Shown: positions 50,175 to 59,821 of the stretch, in pieces
How positions within the stretch are numbered: the first letter of the stretch is position 1
Layout of the letters: each line of letters starts with the position of its first letter
Assembly: GCA_036493895.1 (NCBI GenBank)
Contig: DASXOZ010000081.1
Location: 201-64,200, forward strand
Length of the DNA: 64,000 bases
Source: Candidatus Binatia bacterium
GTDB lineage: Bacteria; Desulfobacterota; Binatia; UBA1149; CAITLU01
Direction of reading: 5' to 3'
Notes under the pieces: generated by a model
What the model was told of the DNA's origin: nothing
Seen by the model: the letters and a program-made list of their open reading frames with translations, nothing else
Database searches by the model: none
Translations under genes and position numbers: made by a program

Positions 50175-50879
50175 TCACCGCGAGTCCTCGTCCTGGCGTC
50201 TTGCGAACAGGTAGCCGGTGCCGCGGATCGTCAGCAGCCGGCGCGGGCTTTGCGGGTCGTCCTCGATGGCGGCGCGGATGCGCGAGACGTGCACGTCGAT
50301 GCTGCGATCGAAGGCCTCGTGCTCGCTGCCGCGCACGCGGTTCATGATGGTATCGCGCGTCATCACGCGTCCGGCGTTTTCCGCCAGCGCACACAGAAGA
50401 TCGAACTGGTAGCCGGTCATCGTCTTTTCGGCGCCGTCGATGCGCACGACGCGGGCGTCACGGTCGATCTCGAGGCGGCCGAACCGCAACACCGAATCCG
50501 GTGCGCGCCCCGCTGCGCCTGCGCGGCGAAGCACCGCCTTCAGGCGCGCGAGCAGCTCGCGGGGATTGAACGGCTTGGGCAGGTAGTCGTCCGCCCCGAG
50601 CTCCAGTCCGACGATGCGGTCGGTCTCTTCACCGCGCGCGGTCAGCATCAGGATCGGCACCGACGATTTCGCGCGGATCGCGCGGCACACGTCGAGCCCG
50701 TCGCCGTCGGGCAGCATCACGTCGAGGATCACGGCGTCGAACTCCGAACGGGCGAGCGTGGCCTGGCCGGAAGCCGCGTCGCCGCGCGCAGTGACTTCCA
50801 TGCCGCTTTTTGCCAGGTACTCGGCGACCATCGCCGAAAGCGCACGGTCGTCTTCGATCATCAGGATTCGCTCGGCCAC
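50175..50879 (-). CDS. OmpR-family response regulator
   Basis: Receiver domain (ILMIEDD, DAVILDVMLPDGDG, LMLTA), a winged-helix C-terminus and the C-terminal motif TIRGTGY. Confidence 0.9.
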   Translation of the reverse strand: MAERILMIEDDRALSAMVAEYLAKSGMEVTARGDAASGQATLARSEFDAVILDVMLPDGDGLDVCRAIRAKSSVPILMLTARGEETDRIVGLELGADDYLPKPFNPRELLARLKAVLRRAGAAGRAPDSVLRFGRLEIDRDARVVRIDGAEKTMTGYQFDLLCALAENAGRVMTRDTIMNRVRGSEHEAFDRSIDVHVSRIRAAIEDDPQSPRRLLTIRGTGYLFARRQDEDSR

Positions 50880-50910
50880 GTCGGTCTCCGTCCGGGGCCA
50901 GCGTACTTGC

Positions 50911-51492
50911 TCAGGAGCGGCGGCGGAAGCGGTCCAGCCTTTCGAGCAGCTCGCTGCGCTGCGCGGGCGTCAGGACGTCGGCGCTGTCGGCGATCGCCGA
51001 CGCGACGATTTTCGACATGTTGTCGGCGAGCGAAATCTCCTGCGTGCGGATGTTCTCGATGGCGGTGCGGTCGATCGAGGCCGCCGAGAGCACCGAGCGC
51101 AGCTCTTCGCGCGCGGCGCGGTGCCTTTCGACGACCGGAAACAGGTCGCTCACGGCCCCGTCGACGATCTTCTGGACTTTCTCCTGCTGGCCGGTCGATG
51201 CGTCGAGGTGGCGCAGCGCGAACGAGACGACGAAGTCGGCGCGGTCGCGGGCGTCCTCGGCGCTCACCGGGCCGTCGCCGCCGGAGCGCGGCCCTGCCAG
51301 GGCACCGAAAGCGGCCTCGGCCGCCGGCATCGTCGCGCCGATCGCGAAACCGATGAGGCCGGCACCGAGGATGCCGAGCACGACACCGGCGGCAAAGCCG
51401 CGGCGCTTCTGGCGGATCGTGCAGGGCGGGGCTTCGTCGTCCGCGGGCGTATGGGAAGCAGGGGGAAGAGCGGGAATCGTCGTGTCGTTCAT
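50911..51492 (-). CDS. Spy/CpxP-family (LTxxQ motif) periplasmic protein
   Basis: aaaggag RBS before the ATG at 51492. A TM/signal segment is followed by helical repeats ending in LTPAQRSELLERLDRF. Confidence 0.6.
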   Translation of the reverse strand: MNDTTIPALPPASHTPADDEAPPCTIRQKRRGFAAGVVLGILGAGLIGFAIGATMPAAEAAFGALAGPRSGGDGPVSAEDARDRADFVVSFALRHLDASTGQQEKVQKIVDGAVSDLFPVVERHRAAREELRSVLSAASIDRTAIENIRTQEISLADNMSKIVASAIADSADVLTPAQRSELLERLDRFRRRS

Positions 51493-51735
51493 TGCTGCGT
51501 CTCCTTTCTCGTCGATGCCCTCACAGGCGAGCGCATCGTGGCGGAGCCTGGCTTCTCGAGTTCGTCGCAAAGGTAAAGTTTCGTGAAGCGCAGTGGTGGG
51601 CGCCACAGGTGACGGGAAATCACCGCCAGTTGCACGACTGTCGAGCCGGCTTGGGGGGCACGGCCGGCTTGGGGAGCACGACCGTCGCCGGGGATCCAGG
51701 CTGCCGCGAAAAGGTGCCGCAGCGAGCTGTGGGAC

Positions 51736-52395
51736 TCATTGGACCGTCTGGATCGAGTCCGGGTCGTCCTCGGTCGGAGTCATCGTCAGCACCAGCGCGG
51801 CCGCGACGATCAGCCCGATGTCTTCGCGAATCCTCAGCTCGAACGCGAGCCAGGTGCCGATGATGGTCCAGAACAGCGGCACGACGAAAAGCACGCGCGC
51901 GTAAGGCGCACGCGTGAGCAACAACATTCCGAACGTGAAGATCGTGACGGGCGTCGGCACGCCGAAGCTCGGCGACGTCGGATGCGCGTGACCGAGCAGC
52001 GCCGCCAGCGAAGGATAGGCGACGAGCGCATAGAAGATCAGCATGATGCCGGCAAGGTGGCGCGGACCGTTGTGGGCCCAGAAGCGCACGTCATGGCGCA
52101 GCACGCCGAAATGCAGCAGGAATGCGGCCTGGAGCGCGAAGATCCCTCCGAAGAGATAGCCGAGCGGAGTGATGCGGCTCAGGAACCCGCTGCTGTAGAT
52201 CAGCCCCGACCATGCCCACAGCAGCGACATCAGCGCGGCGGCAACGCGGTCGCGGCGAGGTCCGGGGAACAGCGCGAGGCAGACGGTGCCGAACGCGATG
52301 AGGCTCAGGATTTCGGGCGCCGGCCACAGCGCCTGGTTGTACGCGGTGAAGACGCCGAGGAATTCGTCGCGTCCGACGTTCAGTGGCAGCGGCAT
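51736..52395 (-). CDS. Integral membrane protein of unknown function
   Basis: 6-7 hydrophobic helices. It starts 10 nt after the redoxin stop. Confidence 0.5.
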   Translation of the reverse strand: MPLPLNVGRDEFLGVFTAYNQALWPAPEILSLIAFGTVCLALFPGPRRDRVAAALMSLLWAWSGLIYSSGFLSRITPLGYLFGGIFALQAAFLLHFGVLRHDVRFWAHNGPRHLAGIMLIFYALVAYPSLAALLGHAHPTSPSFGVPTPVTIFTFGMLLLTRAPYARVLFVVPLFWTIIGTWLAFELRIREDIGLIVAAALVLTMTPTEDDPDSIQTVQ

Positions 52396-52404
52396 CGTGC
52401 CGCC

Positions 52405-52995
52405 TCAGCCGAAGTAGTCGGGCTCGTTGCCGGGCGCCCACTTGATGTTGCAGCCAATGCTCGGGTGCTGGTCCGAATCGACGTGGCGCCCGTCGAGCAC
52501 CGCGTCGATTGCGGCGCGAAGCTCGTTGCCGGTGACCGGGACGCCACTGCCAGGGCGGCTGGCGTCGAGGCGCCCGCGGTAGACGAGGCTGCGCCACTGA
52601 CCGCCGGAGCTCTCGAACAGGAAGAAATCGGGAGTGCACGCCGCGTGGTACGCCTTGGCTACCTCCTGCGTGGAATCGAACAGGAACGGGAATTTCCAGC
52701 CGAGACGGGTGGCCAGGTCGCGCATGTGCTCCGGCCCGTCCTGCGGATGGCTGGCGATGCTGTTCGAGTTGATCGCAACGATCGAGATGCGCCCTTCGTA
52801 GTCGCGCTGCAGCTCGGCGAACTGGTCGCGCACGTGCACGACGAACGGACAGTGGTTGCAGAGGAACATCACGAGCAGCGGAAGCCGCTGCGGCAAATCG
52901 GCCAGCGAGAACGTGCGGCCGCCGACGGCATCGACGAGGCGGAAATCCGGCGCCGCCGTCCCGAGCTCGAGCATGTCGGACGCCGTCTGCACCAT
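52405..52995 (-). CDS. Thioredoxin-fold redoxin (AhpC/TSA family)
   Basis: APDFRL...LLVMFLCNHCPFVVH (CxxC-like redox motif). The ATG at 52995 lies inside ORF 52405..53040. Confidence 0.75.
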   Translation of the reverse strand: MVQTASDMLELGTAAPDFRLVDAVGGRTFSLADLPQRLPLLVMFLCNHCPFVVHVRDQFAELQRDYEGRISIVAINSNSIASHPQDGPEHMRDLATRLGWKFPFLFDSTQEVAKAYHAACTPDFFLFESSGGQWRSLVYRGRLDASRPGSGVPVTGNELRAAIDAVLDGRHVDSDQHPSIGCNIKWAPGNEPDYFG

Positions 52996-53178
52996 CGTGC
53001 CTATCCCAAAGCGGAAATTGGGGACAGGCACAACCCGCAACCGGCGCGCGGTCGCGGTGTGCGACAGAAAGGGATTTTTCGCGGGAGGCGGCGACGAGGA
53101 CCGGTACGGAAGTTCATGGCAACTCGCGCGCTGGCGCGAGCCCGCTTCGCGACATCCGTGCCGGTCCCCTGCGTCCCG

Positions 53179-53901
53179 CTAGAAAACGTACTCGAAGCCA
53201 ATGCCGCCGGGGACTGCCGCCAGGTGAAACTCGGGCGGATCCATCGCGGCCGGCCGTCCGTCGAACTGGCTCTGGTAGTCGTCCCAGTCCGAGATCGCCC
53301 GCGTCGGGTGCGTCCAGATGTGCGCCTCGGCCGAAACTTCGCTGATGCCGAAGTCCCTCCATCCGATTTTCCTTTCGCCGAAACCGTACGCCACTCCGAG
53401 GCCGACGCCGAGATTGAGCGTGAGGCTCGTCAGGTGCTGCTTCCACGAATACCGCATGTGGCTGATCTGCGCCTGTTCGCGAAGGGTTTTCTCGGCCAGC
53501 GCGAGGCGCTCGGCGCACCCCTGCGGCGTGGCCTTCGAGATCGAGCGCATCGGTGCGGAGCCGTAGATCGCGGCATGTGGCCGCAAAAGCAGCTGAGCGA
53601 TTCCGACGGCGCTCTTTCCCGCCTGGAAGCCGGCTGCAGCCTGGCGGCCGTCGTCGTGCTGCGTGATCGCTTTATAGGTCTCGTAGCCGACGCCGATCGA
53701 GAAGACGCTCATCCAGCTTCCCCACCACCAGTCCATCGCGCGCTTTCCTTCGTCGAGGCGGGACTCGAGGAACTTCAGTCGCGCTTCGGTGTTGGGATCG
53801 CAGGTCTGTGCGACCGCACGGGCAGACGGGACGACGACGAGAGCCGCGACGAGGAGCGCGGCAATCATGCGGGATTCGGTTTTCGAGCGACGGTGGAGCA
53901 T
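53179..53901 (-). CDS. Secreted protein of unknown function
   Basis: Signal peptide MLHRRSKTESRMIAALLVAALVVVPSARAVAQ. Trp-rich, 240 aa. Confidence 0.5.
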   Translation of the reverse strand: MLHRRSKTESRMIAALLVAALVVVPSARAVAQTCDPNTEARLKFLESRLDEGKRAMDWWWGSWMSVFSIGVGYETYKAITQHDDGRQAAAGFQAGKSAVGIAQLLLRPHAAIYGSAPMRSISKATPQGCAERLALAEKTLREQAQISHMRYSWKQHLTSLTLNLGVGLGVAYGFGERKIGWRDFGISEVSAEAHIWTHPTRAISDWDDYQSQFDGRPAAMDPPEFHLAAVPGGIGFEYVF

Positions 53902-53990
53902 TGGGACCTCCGGGTCGGTACGCGTCCTCGGACGGCGCGACCGCTTTCGTTCGATCATTGGGGACGGAGTTGGTTCATGCGGCGGCTGGC

Positions 53991-54464
53991 TCAGCGCGGG
54001 TCGAGGATCAGCACAGGGATGTCCCGCGTCGTACGCGCCTGGTAATCGGAATAGTCCGGATACATCCTGCACAGCAACGGCCAGTAGCGCTCTTTTTCTT
54101 CGTTTGTCCCCCGTCGCGCCGTCATCGGACGCCGTGTGGCCCCGATCTCGATCTCGACGTTGGCGTCCGCTTCGACGTTCTTCACCCACTGAGGGTCCCC
54201 GGCCATTCCGCCCTGGGAGCCGACGACCACGACGCGGGGTCCGTCCTCGAGGTAGAGAAGTGGCGCCGTTCGCTTCTGTCCCGACTTCCGGCCGGTAGTC
54301 ACCAGCAGCAGGATCGGCGCGTTGTACATCCAGCGCCCGCCGATGCGCCCGCCGCTCAGGCGGTAAATCCAGGCGTTGACGGCCGACATCACGTGGATCA
54401 GCGGCTTGGCGATCCTCTCCTCACTGGCGGTAAACGGACGCGGCATTTTTGTGGCCTGGGTCAT
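53991..54464 (-). CDS. F420H2-dependent FDOR (DUF385, nitroreductase-family deazaflavin-dependent oxidoreductase)
   Basis: LLLVTTGRKSGQKRTAPLLYLEDGPRVVVVGSQGGMAGDPQWVKNVEA...ERYWPLLCRMYPDYSDYQARTTRDIPVLILDPR matches the DUF385 split-barrel. Confidence 0.75.
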   Translation of the reverse strand: MTQATKMPRPFTASEERIAKPLIHVMSAVNAWIYRLSGGRIGGRWMYNAPILLLVTTGRKSGQKRTAPLLYLEDGPRVVVVGSQGGMAGDPQWVKNVEADANVEIEIGATRRPMTARRGTNEEKERYWPLLCRMYPDYSDYQARTTRDIPVLILDPR

Positions 54465-54602
54465 TGTGTTCCTCTTTACTGCCGGCCGCTGCTGCCGCAA
54501 ACGCCGCGGCCCCTCCTTCGGGCAACGGCCATGCGGCGGGCGGCCGATATCGAGGCGCCGCAGGCGCCGGTGCGCTCAGCAGCGCCGCGGGCGCTGAAGC
54601 GC

Positions 54603-55823
54603 TCAGCAGCAGGAGATCTCGAGGGACTCGAGCCCGCGAAACACGAACTGGTCGCGAAAACGCGCCGGGCCGGCGGCCTCGATGCGGGAGAAACGTTCGA
54701 GAAGGCGCGAAAGCGTCGCGACGGCTTCGCCGCGGGCGAGGCTGGCGCCGAGGCAGAAATGAATTCCGCTGCCGAACGAAAGCGGCTCGATGCCCTGCCT
54801 GCGGACGTCGAGTCGGTCCGGCTCGGCAAAGCGTGCGGGGTCGCGATTGGCAGCTCCGAGGATGGTCAGCACGCCGTCGCCGGCAGCAATCGGGTGGCCG
54901 GCAATTTCCATGTCCTCGAGCGCCGAACGGCCGCTCAGCAGGATGGAGCCGTCGAAACGCGCCAGCTCTTCGACCGCGTTCGGGATTCGCGACGGATCCT
55001 CGCGAAGAAGGGCGAGCTCGTCGGGATTGGCCAGCAGGTGGTGCATGCCGTTGCCGATCAGGTTGGTCGTCGTCTCGAAGCCTGCACCGAACAGCAACAG
55101 GCTCATCTGCACGATCTCGTCGTCGCAGAGGCGGTCGCCTCCTTCCTCCGCCTGCAGCATGCGGCTCATCATGTCGTCGCAGGGCTGCTTTTTCTTTTCG
55201 CGCAGCAGCTCCTCGAAGTAGTCGACCATCCAGCGCGCGGCGACGTCGGCGACCTCGACGTCCTCGCGCGTCACATTCATCTCGAGCGTGCGCGTGTTGG
55301 CGCGCACGGCGTCGCGAAACGGCGCGCGATCGGCCTCGGGTACTCCGAGAAGGTCGCCGATCACCGTGACCGGAAGCGGGAAAGCGAGCGCATCGAGAAG
55401 CTCTCCGCCGCCGGCTTCGGCGAGCGGATCGAGAAGGCGGTCGACGGTCGCGGCGATGCGCGGCATCAGCTTTTCGACGGTGCGCGGGGTGAAGGCCCGG
55501 GCCACCAGGCGTCGCAGCCGCGTGTGCTGGGGCGGATTGGCGAACAGCAGCGAGCTGTCGCCGTAGGCGAGCGAGAGATGGTCCCTCCAGTCGTCGAAGC
55601 CGAGCCGTTGCATCGCGCCCGGCCAGTCCTTTCCGCCGCGCGAATCGCGCAGTGCCGCATGGCAGTCGTCGTAGCGCGTCAGCACCCAGATACCGAGGCT
55701 GCAGCGGAAGACCGGCGCGGCGCTTCGCACGTCGTGAAGCGTCGCGTAAGGATCGCGGCGCACCTCCGCATCGGTGACGAGAGTGAGGAAGGCCGCGTCG
55801 GCTCGCGCCGGATCCTCTGCCAT
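54603..55823 (-). CDS. Cytochrome P450
   Basis: FGAGFETT (I-helix), EELARFD (ExxR), FGSGIHFCLGASLAR (heme-binding Cys loop). Confidence 0.9.
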   Translation of the reverse strand: MAEDPARADAAFLTLVTDAEVRRDPYATLHDVRSAAPVFRCSLGIWVLTRYDDCHAALRDSRGGKDWPGAMQRLGFDDWRDHLSLAYGDSSLLFANPPQHTRLRRLVARAFTPRTVEKLMPRIAATVDRLLDPLAEAGGGELLDALAFPLPVTVIGDLLGVPEADRAPFRDAVRANTRTLEMNVTREDVEVADVAARWMVDYFEELLREKKKQPCDDMMSRMLQAEEGGDRLCDDEIVQMSLLLFGAGFETTTNLIGNGMHHLLANPDELALLREDPSRIPNAVEELARFDGSILLSGRSALEDMEIAGHPIAAGDGVLTILGAANRDPARFAEPDRLDVRRQGIEPLSFGSGIHFCLGASLARGEAVATLSRLLERFSRIEAAGPARFRDQFVFRGLESLEISCC

Positions 55824-55837
55824 TCGCTGCGCCGTGC

Positions 55838-56401
55838 TCACTGCTGGGGCCGCCCCTTGAGCGAGTCGACGACGCGGGTGCCGACCGGCTCGTCCAGCTC
55901 GGTGTCGGTGCACTCGGTCAGCCGTGCGAGCATCTGGTAGTAGCCGATCGTCAGGATCGTCTCGACGATCTCGCGGTCGCTGAAGTGACGCTTCATCGCG
56001 GCAAAAACGGCGTCGCTGCAGCGGACGTTCTTCGCACTGTCGTCGACGAACGCGAGGAAGGCTTTTTCTTTTTCGTCGAAGCAAGAGGCGGTGAGATTTC
56101 CCTTCTCGACCGCGTCGATCTGCTCGCGGGTGGCGCCGCAGGCCTCTGCGATCGGCACGTGCTGGATCCACTCGTAACGGCCGCCGTAGGACGCCGCGGC
56201 CATCAGGATCGCGTATTCGCGAAGCTCGGAGTCGAGCTGCTGCGCCGAAAGGATCGAGCTGCCGAGCGACATCAGCGGCCTCATGCTCGTCTGCGCATGG
56301 GCCATCATGCGGAAGATGTTCAGCTTGACCGGCAGCGCGCGGAAGATCGCCTGCAGGTCTTCGGGGGCGGATTCCATGTTCAGCGGTTCGATTCTCGGCA
56401 T
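55838..56401 (-). CDS. Carboxymuconolactone decarboxylase (AhpD-like) family protein
   Basis: CMD-family helical fold. The ATG at 56401 lies inside ORF 55838..56437. Confidence 0.7.
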   Translation of the reverse strand: MPRIEPLNMESAPEDLQAIFRALPVKLNIFRMMAHAQTSMRPLMSLGSSILSAQQLDSELREYAILMAAASYGGRYEWIQHVPIAEACGATREQIDAVEKGNLTASCFDEKEKAFLAFVDDSAKNVRCSDAVFAAMKRHFSDREIVETILTIGYYQMLARLTECTDTELDEPVGTRVVDSLKGRPQQ

Positions 56402-56458
56402 GAATGCTCCTTGCACGTTGCGGCAGAGTTGTGGCAACTTTGTGGCTGAAACCCGCGT

Positions 56459-57271
56459 TCAGGCCATGAAGAGGCCGCCGTTGGTGTCCAGCGAAACTCC
56501 GTTGATGTACGAGGCATCGTCGGATGCCAGGAATGCGATCGCGGCTGCCTGCTCCTGCGGCGAAGACAGGCGGCGGATCGGCATGAAGTACTCGTAGGCG
56601 GCAATCCGCCTGGCACGCGCCTGCGCTTCTTCATCCGAGCGCGACTGGCGCACGCCGCCGGCGCGGATCATCGGCGTGTCGACTCCGCCCGGGCAGATCG
56701 CGTTGACGCGCACTCCGCGCGGGCCGTAGTCGAACGCAAGGTGGCGCGTCAGCCCGAGCAGCCCGGCTTTGCTCGACGTGTACGCAAGTCCGCCGTTGGC
56801 GCTCTTGCTGCGGCCGGCCAGCGACGAGACGTTGACGACGGCGCCGCGGCCGCGCGCGGCCATGCCGGGAAGAATGGCGCGGCACGTGTGGAAAGGACCG
56901 CTCAGGTTGACGGCAAGGATGAGGTTCCAGCGATCGTCGTCGAGCCCCTCGATGCCTTCGATGCCTGCCGTGTCCCCGATGCCGGCGACGTTGGCGAGGA
57001 TGTCGACCGGGCCGAGCGCGCTTTCGGTGGCCGAAACGGCATCGGCGACGCTGCGGCTGTCGGCGACGTTGCACTCGATTGCGGCGGCGTGAGCGCCGGT
57101 CTCCCTGGCTTCTTCGCTCACCGCTGCTGCGCCCGCGCCGTTTCGGTCGACGCACGCGACGGCTGCCCCTTCCCGCGCCAGGCGCAGCACCGTTGCGCGG
57201 CCGATTCCGCTGGCCGCCCCGGTGACGAACGCGACGCGCCCGTGAAAGCGGGCACTGCTGGAAGTTCCCAT
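56459..57271 (-). CDS. SDR-family oxidoreductase
   Basis: [32 protein letters not shown] (YxxxK). The ATG at 57271 lies inside ORF 56459..57481. Confidence 0.85.
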   Translation of the reverse strand: MGTSSSARFHGRVAFVTGAASGIGRATVLRLAREGAAVACVDRNGAGAAAVSEEARETGAHAAAIECNVADSRSVADAVSATESALGPVDILANVAGIGDTAGIEGIEGLDDDRWNLILAVNLSGPFHTCRAILPGMAARGRGAVVNVSSLAGRSKSANGGLAYTSSKAGLLGLTRHLAFDYGPRGVRVNAICPGGVDTPMIRAGGVRQSRSDEEAQARARRIAAYEYFMPIRRLSSPQEQAAAIAFLASDDASYINGVSLDTNGGLFMA

Positions 57272-57672
57272 TGCGGCCCTGATAGCGGTCGCGCGCGGCG
57301 TCGTCCAGATGACGCCGCCGCTAGCGAGTCCTCGGCAGCTGGCCGGCTGGGCGAACGAGCATCTGGTGAAAAAAGAGAGTCCGGACTCGTGACGGCCAGA
57401 GAAAGCCTTCGGACTGGTCGGGTTACGTGTCGAAACGCATTGCGACCGAAAAATGGGGACTCCATTCGGTGGGTGTACCATCAGCGGTGTGCCGCAATCG
57501 CTCTCTCGTGCCGCGCACCTGGCGTTCTGATCCTGAGGACCTTGATGCGGTGCTCCGGGTTTCGCTGGTCGTTTCGCGGACGGTGTCGTCGGCCAACGTT
57601 CGGCCGACTGAACTTGAAGGGGCTGTTAAACGCCGGACTGGTCCGACGGGCCACGGCGGCACTTTCCAGTGC

Positions 57673-57750
57673 CACTCTCGCTCTCTGAGTGCGCTCTTTC
57701 GGAGAGACTCGCGAGATTGTTTAACGGCGAACTGTTAAACACCGCACCGC
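57673..57750. repeat. Left copy of an imperfect direct repeat (possible att remnant) bounding the lower-GC island
   Basis: cactctcgctctc...gagtg...gattgtttaacggcgaactgttaaacaccgcaccgc resembles the copy at 60281-60333 (cactctctcgggagtgatttggatggtttaactcgcatcacaacaccgacgc). Confidence 0.35.
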
Positions 57751-58023
57751 CAGTTCGGGGGAAACTCAGCGTCGCAGGGATTGACACGGGGAAAGCAGAA
57801 GCGCACTTCTCGACCCGGCGCTACAGCGCCATGCGTTTCGCGGATCAAGTTCCGAAAGGAGGTTGTTCCTGGTGATCGAGGAGTAAGACATGGACACGCC
57901 ACCGGGTCAGAACCGGCGCCGCCCAGCGTGACCTTGCCGCGGCGCCTTTCGAAAAGGTCATCTTCTGTAGAACGCTCCGGGTTCGGTCCGGAGTCATTCG
58001 AGCCGATGTGCTCACACTGTGAA

Positions 58024-58059
58024 AAGCCTGCCCGCGGGAACGTGAGGCAGGCTTTTTTT
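58024..58059 (+). terminator. Rho-independent terminator
   Basis: aagcctgcc-cgcgggaacgtgag-ggcaggctt followed by ttttttt; the 9-bp GC-rich stem and the T-run were read directly. Confidence 0.55.
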
Positions 58060-58615
58060 ACGCAAAGGCAGGGCCAGGTTACACCCGCGCAGTACTCGAG
58101 TCCGCGTGAGCGCGGAAGGCGCCAACGTGGCCGCCGTCGCAAGACATCGGCGACAGTTCCGTCGCTCATCAACTGGTACTCGTTTCCGAGGCAGCAGTGG
58201 TCGACGAAACCGCCAGGTCATTGGATTCAGAACTGGCAACCCTTTCACGGCAGAGAGCGCATGGGCCTCGTGGCGTATACTGACGGCAGTCCCTTTGTTT
58301 CGATCAGCGCCGCCTCGTTGAACGTGCTCCCGCAAGATCCGATCCCGTTGCCCACTTCAGACGCAGCGTATTTCAATCAGGTTCCGTCCGTCATCGTTCA
58401 ACTGATCGATTCGGATGGACTTTGCCTAATGAGCGAGTTTCCGGCTTCGTCGACCACGGCGAACACCTCGCGGCAGTTCGTCGCCAGAATTCCGTAACCG
58501 GTCGGTCGTAGGACCATCACTTGGGTCTGGACCGGCTCGATGCTGTAAATTCCCGTTGTGCGCGGCTTACCTCGTAGAGGTCAGAGCGTCGCAACGTCAC
58601 GACTGCACGAGCAGA

Positions 58616-58855
58616 CTACTGCTGCGCTATAAACTCCCGAAACTTACCGGATGGCTTCTCGAGTCGGACCGTGACTCCGCGCATTCCATAAGAAGCACCC
58701 TTGGGGCGCGATTCCCAGATGACCACATCCCACGAGTCTCCGCGGTCCGTCACGTGACTTTTGAGGGTTGGCGACGACACATTCACCGCTCCAACGTCCG
58801 CAGCATATTTCTTGCCGAGCGCGATGATCTCGGGCTCAGTCAAGATTCGCTGCAC
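58616..58855 (-). CDS. Small ORF (79 aa), possibly the C-terminal fragment of a frameshifted gene
   Basis: MQRILTEPEIIALGKKYAADVGAVNVSSPTLKSHVTDRGDSWDVVIWESRPKGASYGMRGVTVRLEKPSGKFREFIAQQ. Further coding-like segments upstream on the same strand lie in other frames (58861-59043; 59051-59290). Confidence 0.3.
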   Translation of the reverse strand: MQRILTEPEIIALGKKYAADVGAVNVSSPTLKSHVTDRGDSWDVVIWESRPKGASYGMRGVTVRLEKPSGKFREFIAQQ

Positions 58856-59580
58856 TTCGGCTACGGTGTCGTTGACTGGGGTCGCTCGCTTACTGGACGG
58901 TTTATCGGGGTCATCGGCAAAACAGACCCACGCGCCTTGGAGCGCGACGACAATCGAGAGCTCGCGACGAGCGCGTCTCGGCTTATCAGAGGTCTGCGAG
59001 CCATTCCTTCTCTCACTCCGGACCCCGGACTGCCGGGCGCCAAATCTCGATCAGCGGCCGCCCACGTACGCTACAAACTCATACAGCGCCTCGTCTTGGC
59101 CTGTGTTGATACGCCAGGCGCCAGTGTACGAGCCTGCCGGCATGCTGACTGTTCCGCCGAGCTCACAGACGGTTGCATGACCGGCGAGAAAATCGACTAC
59201 CGTCATAGACGGTAGCGTGATGGTCTGGTCTGCGACAGTCCGCTGGTCTGTCGCGGGTACGTGATAGGCGTTGCTCAGGAACTCGGGACGGCCAGCGGAG
59301 AGAGATTTCTGTCACCAAAAACCGGGGGTGCCGAGAGAATCGGTCATGATCCCGTACGGCTAGGATCCCGCGGCAGGGGAAATTCGCGCCGCCCGATAGG
59401 ACAATATGGCTGGGCTGCAGCTGTTTTCCCGGGGAATTCGAAAACTGACGCGGTAAGTCCCGGGAATGCCCCTCGATTCAGCGCCCCCTCGGGCCGGCCC
59501 CTCTTGCTGGGCCGATTGGTGGGCCTCCTGCCTGAGCGCAACGCCGCTCCGCCCCGGAACCTTGGGCACTATTGTGTGCG

Positions 59581-59598
59581 TATCCCAGAAATGGGATA
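59581..59598. promoter_or_regulatory. Palindromic operator candidate immediately upstream of the toxin-antitoxin pair
   Basis: tatccca-gaaa-tgggata (7-4-7 inverted repeat). Confidence 0.45.
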
Positions 59599-59605
59599 AG
59601 GGCTC

Positions 59606-59821
59606 GTGGCCCGGCCCCCGGCGAAAGGTGAACGTCCGCTTGATTGGGTCGGTTCCTCGAAGAACGACTTTCTGGCCTTTCCGGAGTACGTCCTGCACGC
59701 CTTCCAGAAGAAGTCGCCGAGCGGGACTCGAACTGCCCGCGGGGATGCCGAACAGGTCGAGCGCCGGTTGAAAATCGCGCAGCAGGACTACGAGGCACGA
59801 TATGGCAAGCGCAAGAACTAA
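59606..59821 (+). pseudogene. HigB/Gp49-like (RelE/ParE-superfamily, DUF891-type) toxin with an apparent internal in-frame deletion
   Basis: 71 aa. The N-terminal RPLDWVGSSKNDFLAFPEYV matches the family N-terminus and VLHAFQKKSPSGTRTARGDAEQVERRLKIAQQDYEARYG matches the C-terminus, but the roughly 50-aa central beta-sheet region between them is missing. GTG start. Confidence 0.5.

Noticed and set aside
53808-55940. 710-aa plus-strand ORF
   Set aside because: It is antisense to the P450 and FDOR genes.
57300-58000. Possible tRNA or tmRNA as an integration target next to the island
   Set aside because: No GTTCGAATCC-type T-arm or cloverleaf was visible on manual scan. This needs tRNAscan or Infernal to be definitive.
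57781-58497. 238-aa plus-strand ORF in the island
   Set aside because: No motifs and composition unlike neighbouring genes. It spans the terminator hairpin and is most likely non-coding.
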